From Kiritimatiellia bacterium (GTDB lineage: Bacteria; Verrucomicrobiota; Kiritimatiellia; RFP12; UBA1067), in the NCBI GenBank assembly GCA_045656225.1, contig JAZOQU010000022.1:4732-68731 (forward strand): 64,000 bases of DNA. The letters run 5' to 3'. Below, in pieces: positions 20,637 to 30,609 of this stretch (position 1 is its first letter; every line of letters starts with the position of its first letter). The translations under genes and the position numbers were made by a program. A model generated the notes under the pieces. It was not told where the DNA came from and made no database searches. It saw nothing but the letters and a program-made list of their open reading frames with translations.

Positions 20637-22796
20637 TTAAAGATTATTCAAAAGAAGTTCCATCCAGTTGATCTTCGCGGCTGGAAGCTCTTCACCCCTT
20701 GTCATCGTGACAAGATCGGCAAGAACCTGAAACGCCTCCTTTAAAACGACATCATTTTTCCTGTCTATTTTGGAGAACGGGGCTCCTTCTGCATTGTCTT
20801 CGTTCTTCCGCCGATCAATGGAACGGTCCTGTTTCATCATTTTCCGGCGGGCTTCAAATTCAAGCGGCACCTCCTTGCGGTTAAAAATATCCTCGGCGAT
20901 ATTTACGGAGCTGATGTGCTTTATGTAATCAGCATCAACCTTTGTACGCGTCTCTGACCGTTTCACAAGTTCTGGAATATATGTATTGAGGTTCCATATT
21001 CTGCGGTGCGGGGTCAGTTTAAGCTTCGAGAACGGCAATGCGTTCGGAAGCTTGTCCTCTCCTATATCAAGATGATCCAGGAACGACGGAAGATGTATGC
21101 TCGACTCGACCCCCCTGACCTGTGTGGAATATCCGTTGATCCTGTAGAATCTCGCCGTGGTAATCTTAATCGAACCGAAATTCTCGACATCGTTCCTGCG
21201 GCCGATTTCCATTAAAGTCTGCACGGTTCCCTTGCCGTGGGTGCGCACATCACCGAGAACGACCGCTCGTCCTGAATCTTTGAGAAAGCCGGAAACGATT
21301 TCCGAGGCCGAGGCGCTCGCCCTGTCAATAAGAACAACAACAGGTTTTTTAAAAGCCACGGGGTTGCCGTGCGGAATGGACAGCGGCATAGCGCCGGTTC
21401 TGTCCTGAATGAACACAACAGGGCTTGACGACGAGAAAAGCGCCGAAAGAACCACCGCCTCCTTTAAGCTGCCGCCTCCGTTTCCGCGCATATCAAGCAC
21501 AAGACCTTTGACATCTTCGGCATTGAATTCGGCGATATATTTCGCCACATCCTGCGCGCAGCTCAGAAAACCTTCGTCATCGGGATTCTTGTCCATGGTT
21601 CCGTAAAAACTCGGCAGGTAAACGTATCCAAGTTTCATTTCGCGGGAAGCTGCACTGACGCGCTCCACATGCCCTGTGGCGGCCTGTTCGTCAAGTTTTA
21701 TCTCGTCGCGCACAAGTTCGATCTTCTTGCGCGATGCGCCGGAGGGATCTCCGCGAGGAATGATTTCAAGTGAAACGCGAGTACCCTTTTCGCCGCGGAT
21801 CTTTCGTACGGTCTTGTTCATGGGCTGCCACATGATATCTTCCCATTCTCCGTCGCCCTGTCTTATCGAGACAATCTTATCGCCCTTCTTTATACGTCCG
21901 TCCACATCCATCGGGCCGCCCGGCATGACCTCGGAAATCTTTAGAGCTCCGTCATCCATCTGAAGTACCGCGCCGACACCGCAAAGCTTCAGATTCATGC
22001 CCATCTGAAAATCCTCTTCACTCATCGGAGAAAGATAATCGGTATGAGGATCATAGGCTCTGCAGGCGGCCGAAAGATAATACTGCAACACATTCTCCTC
22101 GTCGGGTTCGGTCATCGCACGATAATACTGAAGATATTTTTTCACAAGAGAAGCGCTTACCGTAAGCTCAGGTTCTCTGTAATCATCGTCGCCGGATTTC
22201 TCCGCGCCGGCAGGCACTTCCGTTCCGGGTTTGCCGCCGTCGCCGTTTTTCTTTGCGGCATTCTCCTCGGCATCGAGTTCTCTGGACAACGTCATTGCGA
22301 GATATTCGTTTTTTAATCTTTTGCGCCAAAGCTCCTCCGCCTCCTCCCGCGTTTCAGGCCAAGGCGCATCCTTGCGCTTCATGGAATAGGTTTCGTTTTT
22401 TGTAAAATCCCATTCGGCATTGGCAAGAAAGTTCGTAGCGAACTCAATACGTTCGGCAAGACGCTTCGAATAAAGCGCGTGAACCGTATATCCGAACGAC
22501 ACATCGGCCGCTTTCAATTCATCGTCGATGGTAAACATCCGCGATGAAAGTCTGTCTAAATCGGATTTCAGGAATATGGTGTGGTCAAAATCGTAAAATG
22601 TCACGAGATTCGTCCACGCCCTTTGAGACATAGCGTCGTTAAAAGGCTGATTCAGGACATGATAACGCGGAAGCATCGCGGCGACACGTCTGCCGATTTC
22701 GCCGTAATGGGGTCGGGGCTTCAGAATCCGGTCGCCGTACGATGAAAACGCCGCGAGCGAGACGGCTGTTAAAACACCAAAAACGCTTTTTTTCAT
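20637..22796 (-). CDS. prc: Tail-specific (C-terminal processing) protease, S41 family
   Basis: 719 aa with a signal peptide, a PDZ region, and an S41 region (GNGGGS, DRASASASE). Confidence 0.75.
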   Translation of the reverse strand: MKKSVFGVLTAVSLAAFSSYGDRILKPRPHYGEIGRRVAAMLPRYHVLNQPFNDAMSQRAWTNLVTFYDFDHTIFLKSDLDRLSSRMFTIDDELKAADVSFGYTVHALYSKRLAERIEFATNFLANAEWDFTKNETYSMKRKDAPWPETREEAEELWRKRLKNEYLAMTLSRELDAEENAAKKNGDGGKPGTEVPAGAEKSGDDDYREPELTVSASLVKKYLQYYRAMTEPDEENVLQYYLSAACRAYDPHTDYLSPMSEEDFQMGMNLKLCGVGAVLQMDDGALKISEVMPGGPMDVDGRIKKGDKIVSIRQGDGEWEDIMWQPMNKTVRKIRGEKGTRVSLEIIPRGDPSGASRKKIELVRDEIKLDEQAATGHVERVSAASREMKLGYVYLPSFYGTMDKNPDDEGFLSCAQDVAKYIAEFNAEDVKGLVLDMRGNGGGSLKEAVVLSALFSSSSPVVFIQDRTGAMPLSIPHGNPVAFKKPVVVLIDRASASASEIVSGFLKDSGRAVVLGDVRTHGKGTVQTLMEIGRRNDVENFGSIKITTARFYRINGYSTQVRGVESSIHLPSFLDHLDIGEDKLPNALPFSKLKLTPHRRIWNLNTYIPELVKRSETRTKVDADYIKHISSVNIAEDIFNRKEVPLEFEARRKMMKQDRSIDRRKNEDNAEGAPFSKIDRKNDVVLKEAFQVLADLVTMTRGEELPAAKINWMELLLNNL

Positions 22797-23470
22797 ATAT
22801 TGTTCTCCATAAGACTGACAAGTCGGCCTAATTCATCAGCGGCTATTACGATACGCTCGGTAGAGAAGGCTTTCACTATCTCCGATGAATTCATGATGAC
22901 GACACCGTTCAGTTCGGCCATGCGGGCAACAAAAGAATCGGATGCGAAGACAAGGAGCGGTGTCACAGCCCCCTTCCATCCGGATTTTTCAAGCGAAGAC
23001 TTGAGAATCGAAGCCTCCCGCTGCACCTGCAGCAGCGGCGAACGGTTCGGTTTTGCGCCGTTGACAAGTATACGGGAATCCTCTATCGTAACTCTTCCGC
23101 GCCAAAACTTGGTCTCTACAGCAAAAACGCCGGCAGGTCCCACGACGACATGATCGATATGAAGCGAGCCTGCGACAAAATCATTGAAAACATGATACTT
23201 GTCGGGAAGTGCGGAAAGAAGATGCGAAACCCGCTCCTCTCCTCTGGCGCCGACAAAATGACGCTCAATGCGCTTGAAGCCGTTAAACAACCCTATGCAT
23301 CCGGCCCCAAGCGACAGAAGAAGCATCGTCATGCCGGCTATATAATGACCCAATAACGCCGTCGCCACGGAAATTCCGACGACAAAAACGGCGGCAAAGA
23401 CCGGCAACAGTCCGACGAGCGTTCCCTTCACACGGGCCCATTCGCCCGCTATTCCGTGAATTTCAGCCAT
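22793..23470 (-). CDS. Membrane-anchored NERD (nuclease-related) domain protein
   Basis: Two N-terminal TM helices then a NERD-like core (VVGPAGVFAVETKFWRG). 4-bp overlaps with prc and dxs. Confidence 0.55.
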   Translation of the reverse strand: MAEIHGIAGEWARVKGTLVGLLPVFAAVFVVGISVATALLGHYIAGMTMLLLSLGAGCIGLFNGFKRIERHFVGARGEERVSHLLSALPDKYHVFNDFVAGSLHIDHVVVGPAGVFAVETKFWRGRVTIEDSRILVNGAKPNRSPLLQVQREASILKSSLEKSGWKGAVTPLLVFASDSFVARMAELNGVVIMNSSEIVKAFSTERIVIAADELGRLVSLMENNI

Positions 23471-25217
23471 TCATATTCTCCTTGGATATTCTTTTAAAGC
23501 CTGCGTTTTCAAGCCGTGAAGCAATCGATTCCACATCGAAGGAATACGCTTTTTCAAGACTCGCAACGTCACCGTGAGGTATAAATTCGTCCGGCCAGGC
23601 AAAAATGAAATCAGCACCGACCGTCTCTCCGAGACCGCCTAATGCAGAGCCGTTCTCTATAGTCGCAATCTTAATCCCCTTGGATTTGAGTTCGGCGATT
23701 CTGGCCTTGTCAAAAGGCTTGATATATCGGGCGTGAACCACTTCAGCTCCGAACATATCGCCCAACAGGGACGCTTTGACATATTCATCGCCTGTTGCGA
23801 AAATCGCAAGTTCGGCATTCGGCCGATCGGGACAGACCGCGACTTTCTCGGCAGCGACCCCGCGAGGGTACCGGATGATGGTGGGGCCCGAGCGTTCCAA
23901 AGCCTCGTCGAGCAGCGATTTGAAGTCCTCGGCATCGCGAGGCTGGCAGATTGCGAGATTAGGGATCGCCTTAAGCATTGATATATCGTAAAGGCCTTGA
24001 TGGGTAACACCATCGGCACCGACGAGTCCCGCACGGTCGACACAGAAGACAACGGGAAGATTCGCTATCGCGACATCGTGCATAACCTGATCTGCGGCAC
24101 GCTGCAGAAAAGTTGAATACACGGCGACAACCGGTCTCATTCCTCCCGCGGCAAGTCCAGCCGCGAACGACACCATGTGCCCCTCCGCTATACCGACATC
24201 GAAGAACCGATTCCTGAAACGCGAGGCAAATTCGGACAGCCCAGTACCTTCTGACATGCCGGCGGTAAGCGCCACTATACGCGGATCCTTCTCGGCAGAG
24301 GCGACAAGACAGGACCCGAACACATCGCTCCAGGTGCGGGACGATGCACGGGCTGATGTCTGATGCGATTTCGCCGCTTCGATATCGAACGGCCCGACTC
24401 CGTGCCAGTATGTCGGCGACTTTTCCGCAGGGGCGAACCCCTTGCCTTTCTTTGTGACGACATGCACGATGACACTGCGTTTATCCTCTTTGGCGACGGT
24501 AAACGCCGATTTAAGAGCCTGTATATCATGTCCGTCGACAGGTCCTATATATCTCAATCCGAACTGTTCGAAATAACGGTTGCCGAGAAAAAGCGATTTA
24601 AGACGGCTTTCAAAATTGTGGTAGACACTGCGGAGAAAAGTCAATTTCATCACATGCCCCGCCTTTTCGGCCGCGGCCTTGACGCGATTATACCTTACAC
24701 CCGAAATCAACCGTCCGAGGAAACGGGAAAAACTGCCGGTAGGCTTGGATATGCTCATCCCGTTGTCGTTGAGAACGAGAATCACCTTGGCGGTTGCAGC
24801 GCTGCAATTGTTCAAGGCCTCGAAACTGGTACCGTTTACAAGCGACGAATCTCCGACAACCGCGACGACATTCTCGGAAGAACCGCGAATGTCGCGAGCA
24901 GCGGCATAGCCTTCGGCGACGGAAAGCGCAACTCCCGCGTGTCCGGCAACAGCAGCATCGCAGGGAGACTCAGCGGGATTTGGAAAGCCGGACATCCCTC
25001 CGAAACGCCGGAGAGTGGAAAACGATTCGGATCGCCCCGTGAGAATCTTCCACGCATACGCCTGATGACCGACATCCCATACGATACGATCAACCTCAGG
25101 ATCGAACACTTCTGAAAGAGCGATTGCAATTTCAACGGCTCCGAGCGGAGACGCAAGATGACCGCCGTTCCTGGAAACGGTTTGAATGATTTTTTCACGT
25201 ATTTCGTCAGGCGTCAT
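23463..25217 (-). CDS. dxs: 1-deoxy-D-xylulose-5-phosphate synthase
   Basis: N-terminal GGHLASPLGAVEI ... DVGHQAYAWKILTGR (TPP-binding) and transketolase-like middle and C domains. Confidence 0.9.
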   Translation of the reverse strand: MTPDEIREKIIQTVSRNGGHLASPLGAVEIAIALSEVFDPEVDRIVWDVGHQAYAWKILTGRSESFSTLRRFGGMSGFPNPAESPCDAAVAGHAGVALSVAEGYAAARDIRGSSENVVAVVGDSSLVNGTSFEALNNCSAATAKVILVLNDNGMSISKPTGSFSRFLGRLISGVRYNRVKAAAEKAGHVMKLTFLRSVYHNFESRLKSLFLGNRYFEQFGLRYIGPVDGHDIQALKSAFTVAKEDKRSVIVHVVTKKGKGFAPAEKSPTYWHGVGPFDIEAAKSHQTSARASSRTWSDVFGSCLVASAEKDPRIVALTAGMSEGTGLSEFASRFRNRFFDVGIAEGHMVSFAAGLAAGGMRPVVAVYSTFLQRAADQVMHDVAIANLPVVFCVDRAGLVGADGVTHQGLYDISMLKAIPNLAICQPRDAEDFKSLLDEALERSGPTIIRYPRGVAAEKVAVCPDRPNAELAIFATGDEYVKASLLGDMFGAEVVHARYIKPFDKARIAELKSKGIKIATIENGSALGGLGETVGADFIFAWPDEFIPHGDVASLEKAYSFDVESIASRLENAGFKRISKENMNG

Positions 25218-26746
25218 TCCGGCAATCCATCCTTTCCATAACGGAGAAAAAGAAGAGTTGTCGCATTTTGTCCGAAACGCTCAATTCCGCCGACGTACGA
25301 ATACCGTGACTTCAGGATATTCCAGAATTCAACCTGTTCTTCCAAGGGACGCTCACCGCATACAGGCGGATCTATGGCGAACGTGTACCCCGAAAGCGCA
25401 GCTATCGGAATATCGGTCGTAAAAAGAAGCCTGCGCCATTCATCATCGCTCAAAATACTGAACGGTCCCATTTCAAGCCCTTCCGGCACCTTTCTCCCGG
25501 TCTCAACGGCAAGATAAACATCCTGAGTCAACAATTCCCTGCCGCCGGGATCAAGCCGTTCTATTTCTCGCGCCGCATCTCGAAGAAGCGCCATTTCGGA
25601 TTTTTCCTTAAGTACAGGCCAAAATCTGTCCTGTCCGTCGCACATCCATTCCTGAAGAAGTGGAGAACCGAATGAAACGGCAAAAGAAAGCCCCGCAACG
25701 AGCAAAACGGATTTGCGGGAATCGAAAACCGGACGGTTCGTCGAAAAAGAGAAAAATGCGGCAACAGACACTACGGCAGCGAGCCCCATAAGAGGAACCT
25801 GATAATCATCGTAAGGACATGGGGCCGTCATCTGGAGCGTGACGACAGCGAGAGCGCCGAAAAGCATTGCGGCGACGCCTGCACGTACATGACGGGGAGC
25901 ATTGCAAAGACACACCTTCATGCCGCCGAATAAAACAGCTGATCCGGCTATAACGAAAACAGGCAGATACCACCTTACAAGACGACTTATACTGCCGACG
26001 ACGAGAAAGAACGAAGAACCGCCTCTGGCCGTATGATACCGTTGAGCGGCAAGCAACCCCTCAAAAGCCCCGCTGTCGCAAAGAAAGACACCGTAAACTA
26101 CCATAAGTCCTGCAAGACCGCCCAAACCAAAAAACAGAAAACTCCATCTGAAGCTTGAGAAATTCAAGAGAAGAACCAATCCGCATACAGGAAGAAGAAG
26201 AAGAAGACTGATTCTTGCACCGGAGGCGAAAGCAAGCAAGACGGCGCTTAGAGCAATCATGGAATAACGGATCTTCGGGCTGTCTGACCTGAGAGCGCCA
26301 ACAAAATACCAGAACCCCAGCGAAATAAAAAGAGTTGCAAGCGCATATGTCTTAGGAATCGAGAGGTAATAAACATGATACAGATTGCACGCAAGAATAA
26401 GAAACACCGATAATCGCGCAACTTTTGATTTTTCAGGCGGAACAAGACAACCTGCAATCCGTGATGCGATGAAAATCCCCGCTACACCTATCAGCGCCGT
26501 AAAAATACGGGCACCCAACAAACCGGCCATATCCCATACAAACTTAAATGGCGAATAAACAACGGGAAGAAGAGGTCCTTGGGTGTAAAAAAAGTCCCGA
26601 TACGGCATCTTGCCTTCGGAAACAAGATTTGCCGCATAAAGATACCAGCCTTCGTCCTGATTCAACCCACCGAGCCAAACAGCAGCTCCGACAAGAACAA
26701 AACAGGCGAAAGTCGCTAAAAACCAATATTTTTTTAAAGATTCCAT
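25214..26746 (-). CDS. Polytopic membrane protein, putative GT-C-type glycosyltransferase
   Basis: 510 aa with at least 10 TM helices and a C-terminal soluble domain. Only a general resemblance to ArnT/PMT-like membrane glycosyltransferases. Confidence 0.35.
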   Translation of the reverse strand: MESLKKYWFLATFACFVLVGAAVWLGGLNQDEGWYLYAANLVSEGKMPYRDFFYTQGPLLPVVYSPFKFVWDMAGLLGARIFTALIGVAGIFIASRIAGCLVPPEKSKVARLSVFLILACNLYHVYYLSIPKTYALATLFISLGFWYFVGALRSDSPKIRYSMIALSAVLLAFASGARISLLLLLPVCGLVLLLNFSSFRWSFLFFGLGGLAGLMVVYGVFLCDSGAFEGLLAAQRYHTARGGSSFFLVVGSISRLVRWYLPVFVIAGSAVLFGGMKVCLCNAPRHVRAGVAAMLFGALAVVTLQMTAPCPYDDYQVPLMGLAAVVSVAAFFSFSTNRPVFDSRKSVLLVAGLSFAVSFGSPLLQEWMCDGQDRFWPVLKEKSEMALLRDAAREIERLDPGGRELLTQDVYLAVETGRKVPEGLEMGPFSILSDDEWRRLLFTTDIPIAALSGYTFAIDPPVCGERPLEEQVEFWNILKSRYSYVGGIERFGQNATTLLFLRYGKDGLPE

Positions 26747-26867
26747 CTTTATTCCTTAAAAGGAATATAATTATACCAAAATCATTGCAAATATGGGTAT
26801 TATTTTTGGATAAATAGTACTAAAAATTAAGATATCGCAGTGCGATTGCTACTACGCAGATTCAAGA

Positions 26868-27779
26868 CTAAAATGTCGCAGTAAGTGAAAGACCGCCAAC
26901 GAAATTCCAGGTCTTGTCTTCGCCCGCGCCCCACTCGCCGTTATACGCAGCAGCGGCTTCGCGCATTTTGCCGTCAAAGAGGTAATCGTAATATGCGACA
27001 TAAGCGCCAAGTGTGAGCCAGTCGTTGATCGCGTATTCGAGATCGACCTTGATCGTCGTATCCATTAAACCAGCGTGATCGAAGCCTTCGACTTTTTCAA
27101 GGTCGCCGAAGTAGCCCTTAGTTCTAAGAGAATTGCCGAAGCCCTGACCAATCGCAGGACGGAGAGTAAGTCCGTCACAGATTTCAAAGGTATGGCCAAG
27201 CTCGAAATTAACATACGTTCCATTATCAGCCATAATGTCACGCTCAAAAGCGAGCTTCGGCTCGAGCCAATGACCACCTAATGAAAGCTCAGCCGTAAAG
27301 TACTGGGTGTCGCCAACTTCGCCCTGATAACGCGGCAGATACTCGTACATATAGCCAACGTCTACCCCGAGAGTTCCGATTTTTTCGCCTAAGTCAAACT
27401 CGTGCGCGAGGCCGACAAACGCATCAAGAGTAGTGTACTTAAACCCGCGCTTGCCGTAACCGCCGCGCTTACCGTTACCATCGGTTACGTCAAAGATCGA
27501 CTCTACCCCGATATACGCCCAATCGAAAAATGTTGCAGTCGCACCGGGAGTGAAAATTGGATCCTTACCGTCGATTACACCGTATGTCATATAACGCGAA
27601 TCTAACGAAAACGAAACCTCCGTACTTACAATCGGCGTTTCATCAAATGACACCCCTTCTCCCGCCGCCCATGTAAATTTAGACGACTCAGTCTCAGACG
27701 CGAAAAGACCAAATGCCAACCCAGCCAAAAGTATGATACACATTGTTTTGATATTGTTCATTACTGCTCTATTGCTCAT
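26868..27779 (-). CDS. Outer-membrane beta-barrel protein (porin-like), unknown function
   Basis: Signal peptide, alternating amphipathic beta-strand pattern, C-terminal Phe (...LSLTATF). Confidence 0.5.
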   Translation of the reverse strand: MSNRAVMNNIKTMCIILLAGLAFGLFASETESSKFTWAAGEGVSFDETPIVSTEVSFSLDSRYMTYGVIDGKDPIFTPGATATFFDWAYIGVESIFDVTDGNGKRGGYGKRGFKYTTLDAFVGLAHEFDLGEKIGTLGVDVGYMYEYLPRYQGEVGDTQYFTAELSLGGHWLEPKLAFERDIMADNGTYVNFELGHTFEICDGLTLRPAIGQGFGNSLRTKGYFGDLEKVEGFDHAGLMDTTIKVDLEYAINDWLTLGAYVAYYDYLFDGKMREAAAAYNGEWGAGEDKTWNFVGGLSLTATF

Positions 27780-27869
27780 TGCTGTTTTTCCTTATATTAT
27801 TTTCGTTTAAAACTTTGCTTGAGCTAACTTCAACTCTACATTTCTTTTTCTCAACATTCCACTCATTCG

Positions 27870-27946
27870 CTAACGACTAACCACTAACAACTAATCACTA
27901 ACTCCTAGCCCCTAACTCCTGACTACTGCCCCCTAACCACTAAATC
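27870..27946. repeat. Tandem heptanucleotide array (CTAACNN)x11 on the plus strand
   Basis: Eleven consecutive 7-mers: ctaacga ctaacca ctaacaa ctaatca ctaactc ctagccc ctaactc ctgacta ctgcccc ctaacca ctaaatc. It lies between the feoB stop and the outer-membrane-protein gene start. Confidence 0.8.
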
Positions 27947-30219
27947 ATATCAACTCTATGCTTCTTACCGTAAAGCCAGAACCCTCCGAACATCGCTACG
28001 AGAATGCTCGTTCCGATAATAAGCCACATTCCGCTGCCACTGACCATTACTGCGTGGTAGATCGTCGCGACGCTCCAACCGAGCAATGTTAAGTAACCTA
28101 CAAAAATCGTTCCATAGAGCTTACCGATTTCGCGGAATACTACACCAGTCGCTGCTAAGCACGGGATATAGAGTAAGACAAAGAGAAGGAACGAATACAT
28201 CTGATGAACGCCCTTGGGGAAATGACGCTTAAGCGAATCTATCGCCGCAGAATTTTCAGGCTCTTCGGTAGACGCTTCCTCTTCGGCACCAGATAGCCCA
28301 AGAGGATCAACAAGACCTTCCCAGACACCGGAAAGGTTCTCAGGTATCGAAGCGAACGCTTCCTTAAGTCCGCCGACAAGAGAATATTCATCCTCTTCTT
28401 CTGTCTCGTTATGATTCGCATCATCTTGACCGTAAAGCCCCTTCATTGTGCCGATAACCGATTCCTTAGCGAAAAGCCCGGTGAAGATCGAAACGCTCGC
28501 TGGCCAATTATCCTTCTCAACGCCAATCGGCTCAAATACGGGCGTAATCGACTTACCTACGACAGAGAGGAGCGACTCCTTTTTATCCTCGTGGCCGATT
28601 GACCCGTCGGTGCCGACCGTATTGAGGATACCGAGAACTAAAACCATCGGAACGATGAACTTACCCGCTCTCCAGATGAAGATTTTAAGCCGCTCCCACG
28701 TGTGAAGGAAGATGTGACGAGCACGCGGCAAATGATATGGGGGTAGCTCCATGATAAAGTGCGTAGGCTCGCCTTGGAAAAGCGTATGCTTAAGGATAAG
28801 ACCCGTTACAATACCAAGGACAATACCTGTAATATATATAAAGAAAACTAACTTACCGGGATTCTGCGGGAAGAACGCGGCAGCGAACAAGACCCAAATC
28901 GGGAGCTTAGCTCCGCAGCTCATAAACGGCGTCATAAAGACTGTTAAGAATCTGTCGCGCTTCGATTCTAAGGTGCGTGTAGCCATAATAGCGGGAACAG
29001 TGCACCCGAAACCGACGAGCATTGGAACGAAACTCTTGCCGGGCAGACCTATCCAACGCATAAAGCGATCCATAACGAACGCCGCGCGCGCCATATATCC
29101 CGAATCTTCAAGAATCGAAAGGCATAGGAACATAAATCCTACGGGCGGCAAAAACGTTCCGACGGTCTGAAGCGCAGTGCCGACACCGTTCGAAATAAGA
29201 GCGACGACCCATTCAGGAGCATTAACCATACCGAGTAAATGCGCGGTTCCGCTCACAAAGAGCGTATCGCCCGCAATATCAAAGAAATCGATAAACGCCC
29301 CTCCCACAATCTGGGTAATCCAAAATACGAGATACATCATCCCAAGAAAGATCGGAATGCCGAGAAAGCGGTTAATTACAATCTTATCAATCTTCTCTGA
29401 GAGAAATACCTTATCGGCTACTGTGCGCACTACATCCTTAACGAGACCTGCGATAATACCATAGCGAGTTTCGGCCAAGACTACGTCGGGCGGATCGCCG
29501 AGAACGTCGGTACAACGCTTAATCGCTCCGTCAATTACCTCGGGCGCCATGTCGCGATGGCGCTCTAACTGACGGCGAATTAGAGGATCGCCCTCAATCG
29601 CCTTCATCGCGACCCAACGCGCATCAACCTTATAATGTTCAGCCGTTTTAACCGAGGCTGAAGCTAAAATATCGACCTCCTGCTCAAGCTCATTAGGGAA
29701 CTCAACATGAATGCGCGGCAATTTAGGCGCGGCGATCGTCTCGTCGAGCATCGTGCGAAGGCGGGCAATATCGCGCGAATCCGTAGCGTTTACGCCGATT
29801 ACAGGAACGCCAAGATGCTTAGAAAGATGATCTAAATCTATAACCGTGCGGCGCTGGCGGGCGACATCCATCATCGTCACTACAATCACCATCGGTACCT
29901 TAAGCTCGCACATCAAAAGCGTAAGATACAAATTGCGCTCAATGGCGGTCGCGTCGATAATATTGATATAAAGTTCAGCTTCCTGCGAAAGGACGTATTC
30001 TAAACTCGCCTTTTCGTCTTCACTCGCGGCAGTAAGCGAATAAATGCCGGGAAGATCAACTATCTTAACCGCGCCGAACTTAGGAAGCGAAAACTCGCCT
30101 TCCTTTTTCTCAACCGTAACGCCAGGCCAGTTACCGATATGCTGATGAGAACCAGTTAATGCATTAAAAATCGTAGTTTTACCGCAATTAGGATTACCTA
30201 TTAAACCGATGGTCTTCAT
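27940..30219 (-). CDS. feoB: Ferrous iron transporter B
   Basis: N-terminal G-protein domain (GNPNCGKTTIFNALTG) followed by a polytopic membrane domain. Confidence 0.9.
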   Translation of the reverse strand: MKTIGLIGNPNCGKTTIFNALTGSHQHIGNWPGVTVEKKEGEFSLPKFGAVKIVDLPGIYSLTAASEDEKASLEYVLSQEAELYINIIDATAIERNLYLTLLMCELKVPMVIVVTMMDVARQRRTVIDLDHLSKHLGVPVIGVNATDSRDIARLRTMLDETIAAPKLPRIHVEFPNELEQEVDILASASVKTAEHYKVDARWVAMKAIEGDPLIRRQLERHRDMAPEVIDGAIKRCTDVLGDPPDVVLAETRYGIIAGLVKDVVRTVADKVFLSEKIDKIVINRFLGIPIFLGMMYLVFWITQIVGGAFIDFFDIAGDTLFVSGTAHLLGMVNAPEWVVALISNGVGTALQTVGTFLPPVGFMFLCLSILEDSGYMARAAFVMDRFMRWIGLPGKSFVPMLVGFGCTVPAIMATRTLESKRDRFLTVFMTPFMSCGAKLPIWVLFAAAFFPQNPGKLVFFIYITGIVLGIVTGLILKHTLFQGEPTHFIMELPPYHLPRARHIFLHTWERLKIFIWRAGKFIVPMVLVLGILNTVGTDGSIGHEDKKESLLSVVGKSITPVFEPIGVEKDNWPASVSIFTGLFAKESVIGTMKGLYGQDDANHNETEEEDEYSLVGGLKEAFASIPENLSGVWEGLVDPLGLSGAEEEASTEEPENSAAIDSLKRHFPKGVHQMYSFLLFVLLYIPCLAATGVVFREIGKLYGTIFVGYLTLLGWSVATIYHAVMVSGSGMWLIIGTSILVAMFGGFWLYGKKHRVDMI

Positions 30220-30470
30220 TTGCCGCTCCCCTTCTCAATCAAATTCACTTTAATTACGCTTACTTCATCACGTCTGAGAGAAAGATGAAATCCTCTAACC
30301 GCCAATTCAAATGGATCGCCGAGAGGAGCAACATTTATAATCTTAACCTTAACTCCACGAGTCATCCCTAAAGCGAGTAACTTGGCACGATAAGCGGCAT
30401 TACCGAGTTTATACCCTGTAATTTCGGCAATCTGCCCTTTCTTAAGTTGATCTAATGTCATTACGAACAC
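30216..30470 (-). CDS. feoA: Ferrous iron transport protein A
   Basis: 84-aa SH3-like FeoA domain immediately upstream of feoB with a 4-bp overlap. Confidence 0.8.
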   Translation of the reverse strand: MFVMTLDQLKKGQIAEITGYKLGNAAYRAKLLALGMTRGVKVKIINVAPLGDPFELAVRGFHLSLRRDEVSVIKVNLIEKGSGK

Positions 30471-30481
30471 TCTTTCTAAAT

Positions 30482-30512
30482 GTTAGATGCGGTAAAGTTT
30501 ACCAAATCTAAC
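30482..30512. promoter_or_regulatory. Nested palindrome in the feoAB upstream region (candidate metalloregulator operator)
   Basis: GTTAGAT gc GGTAAAGTTTACC aa ATCTAAC: a 7-bp outer inverted repeat enclosing a 13-bp inner palindrome, about 15–40 bp upstream of the feoA start. Confidence 0.4.
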
Positions 30513-30609
30513 TTTCAATGTCAACCGCGAATTTGACCGAAATAACCGCGCCTCTTCCCTTTTGATTTCATTCATTCTACGGTACAAAAGGTATGGATAT
30601 TTGGAGAAC

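Noticed and set aside
27870-27946. Telomere-like TTAGGG units in the heptamer array
   Set aside because: The resemblance to eukaryotic telomeric repeats is probably coincidental. Bacteria have circular chromosomes and the units are degenerate (GTTAGNN). It is kept only as a possible G-quadruplex note.
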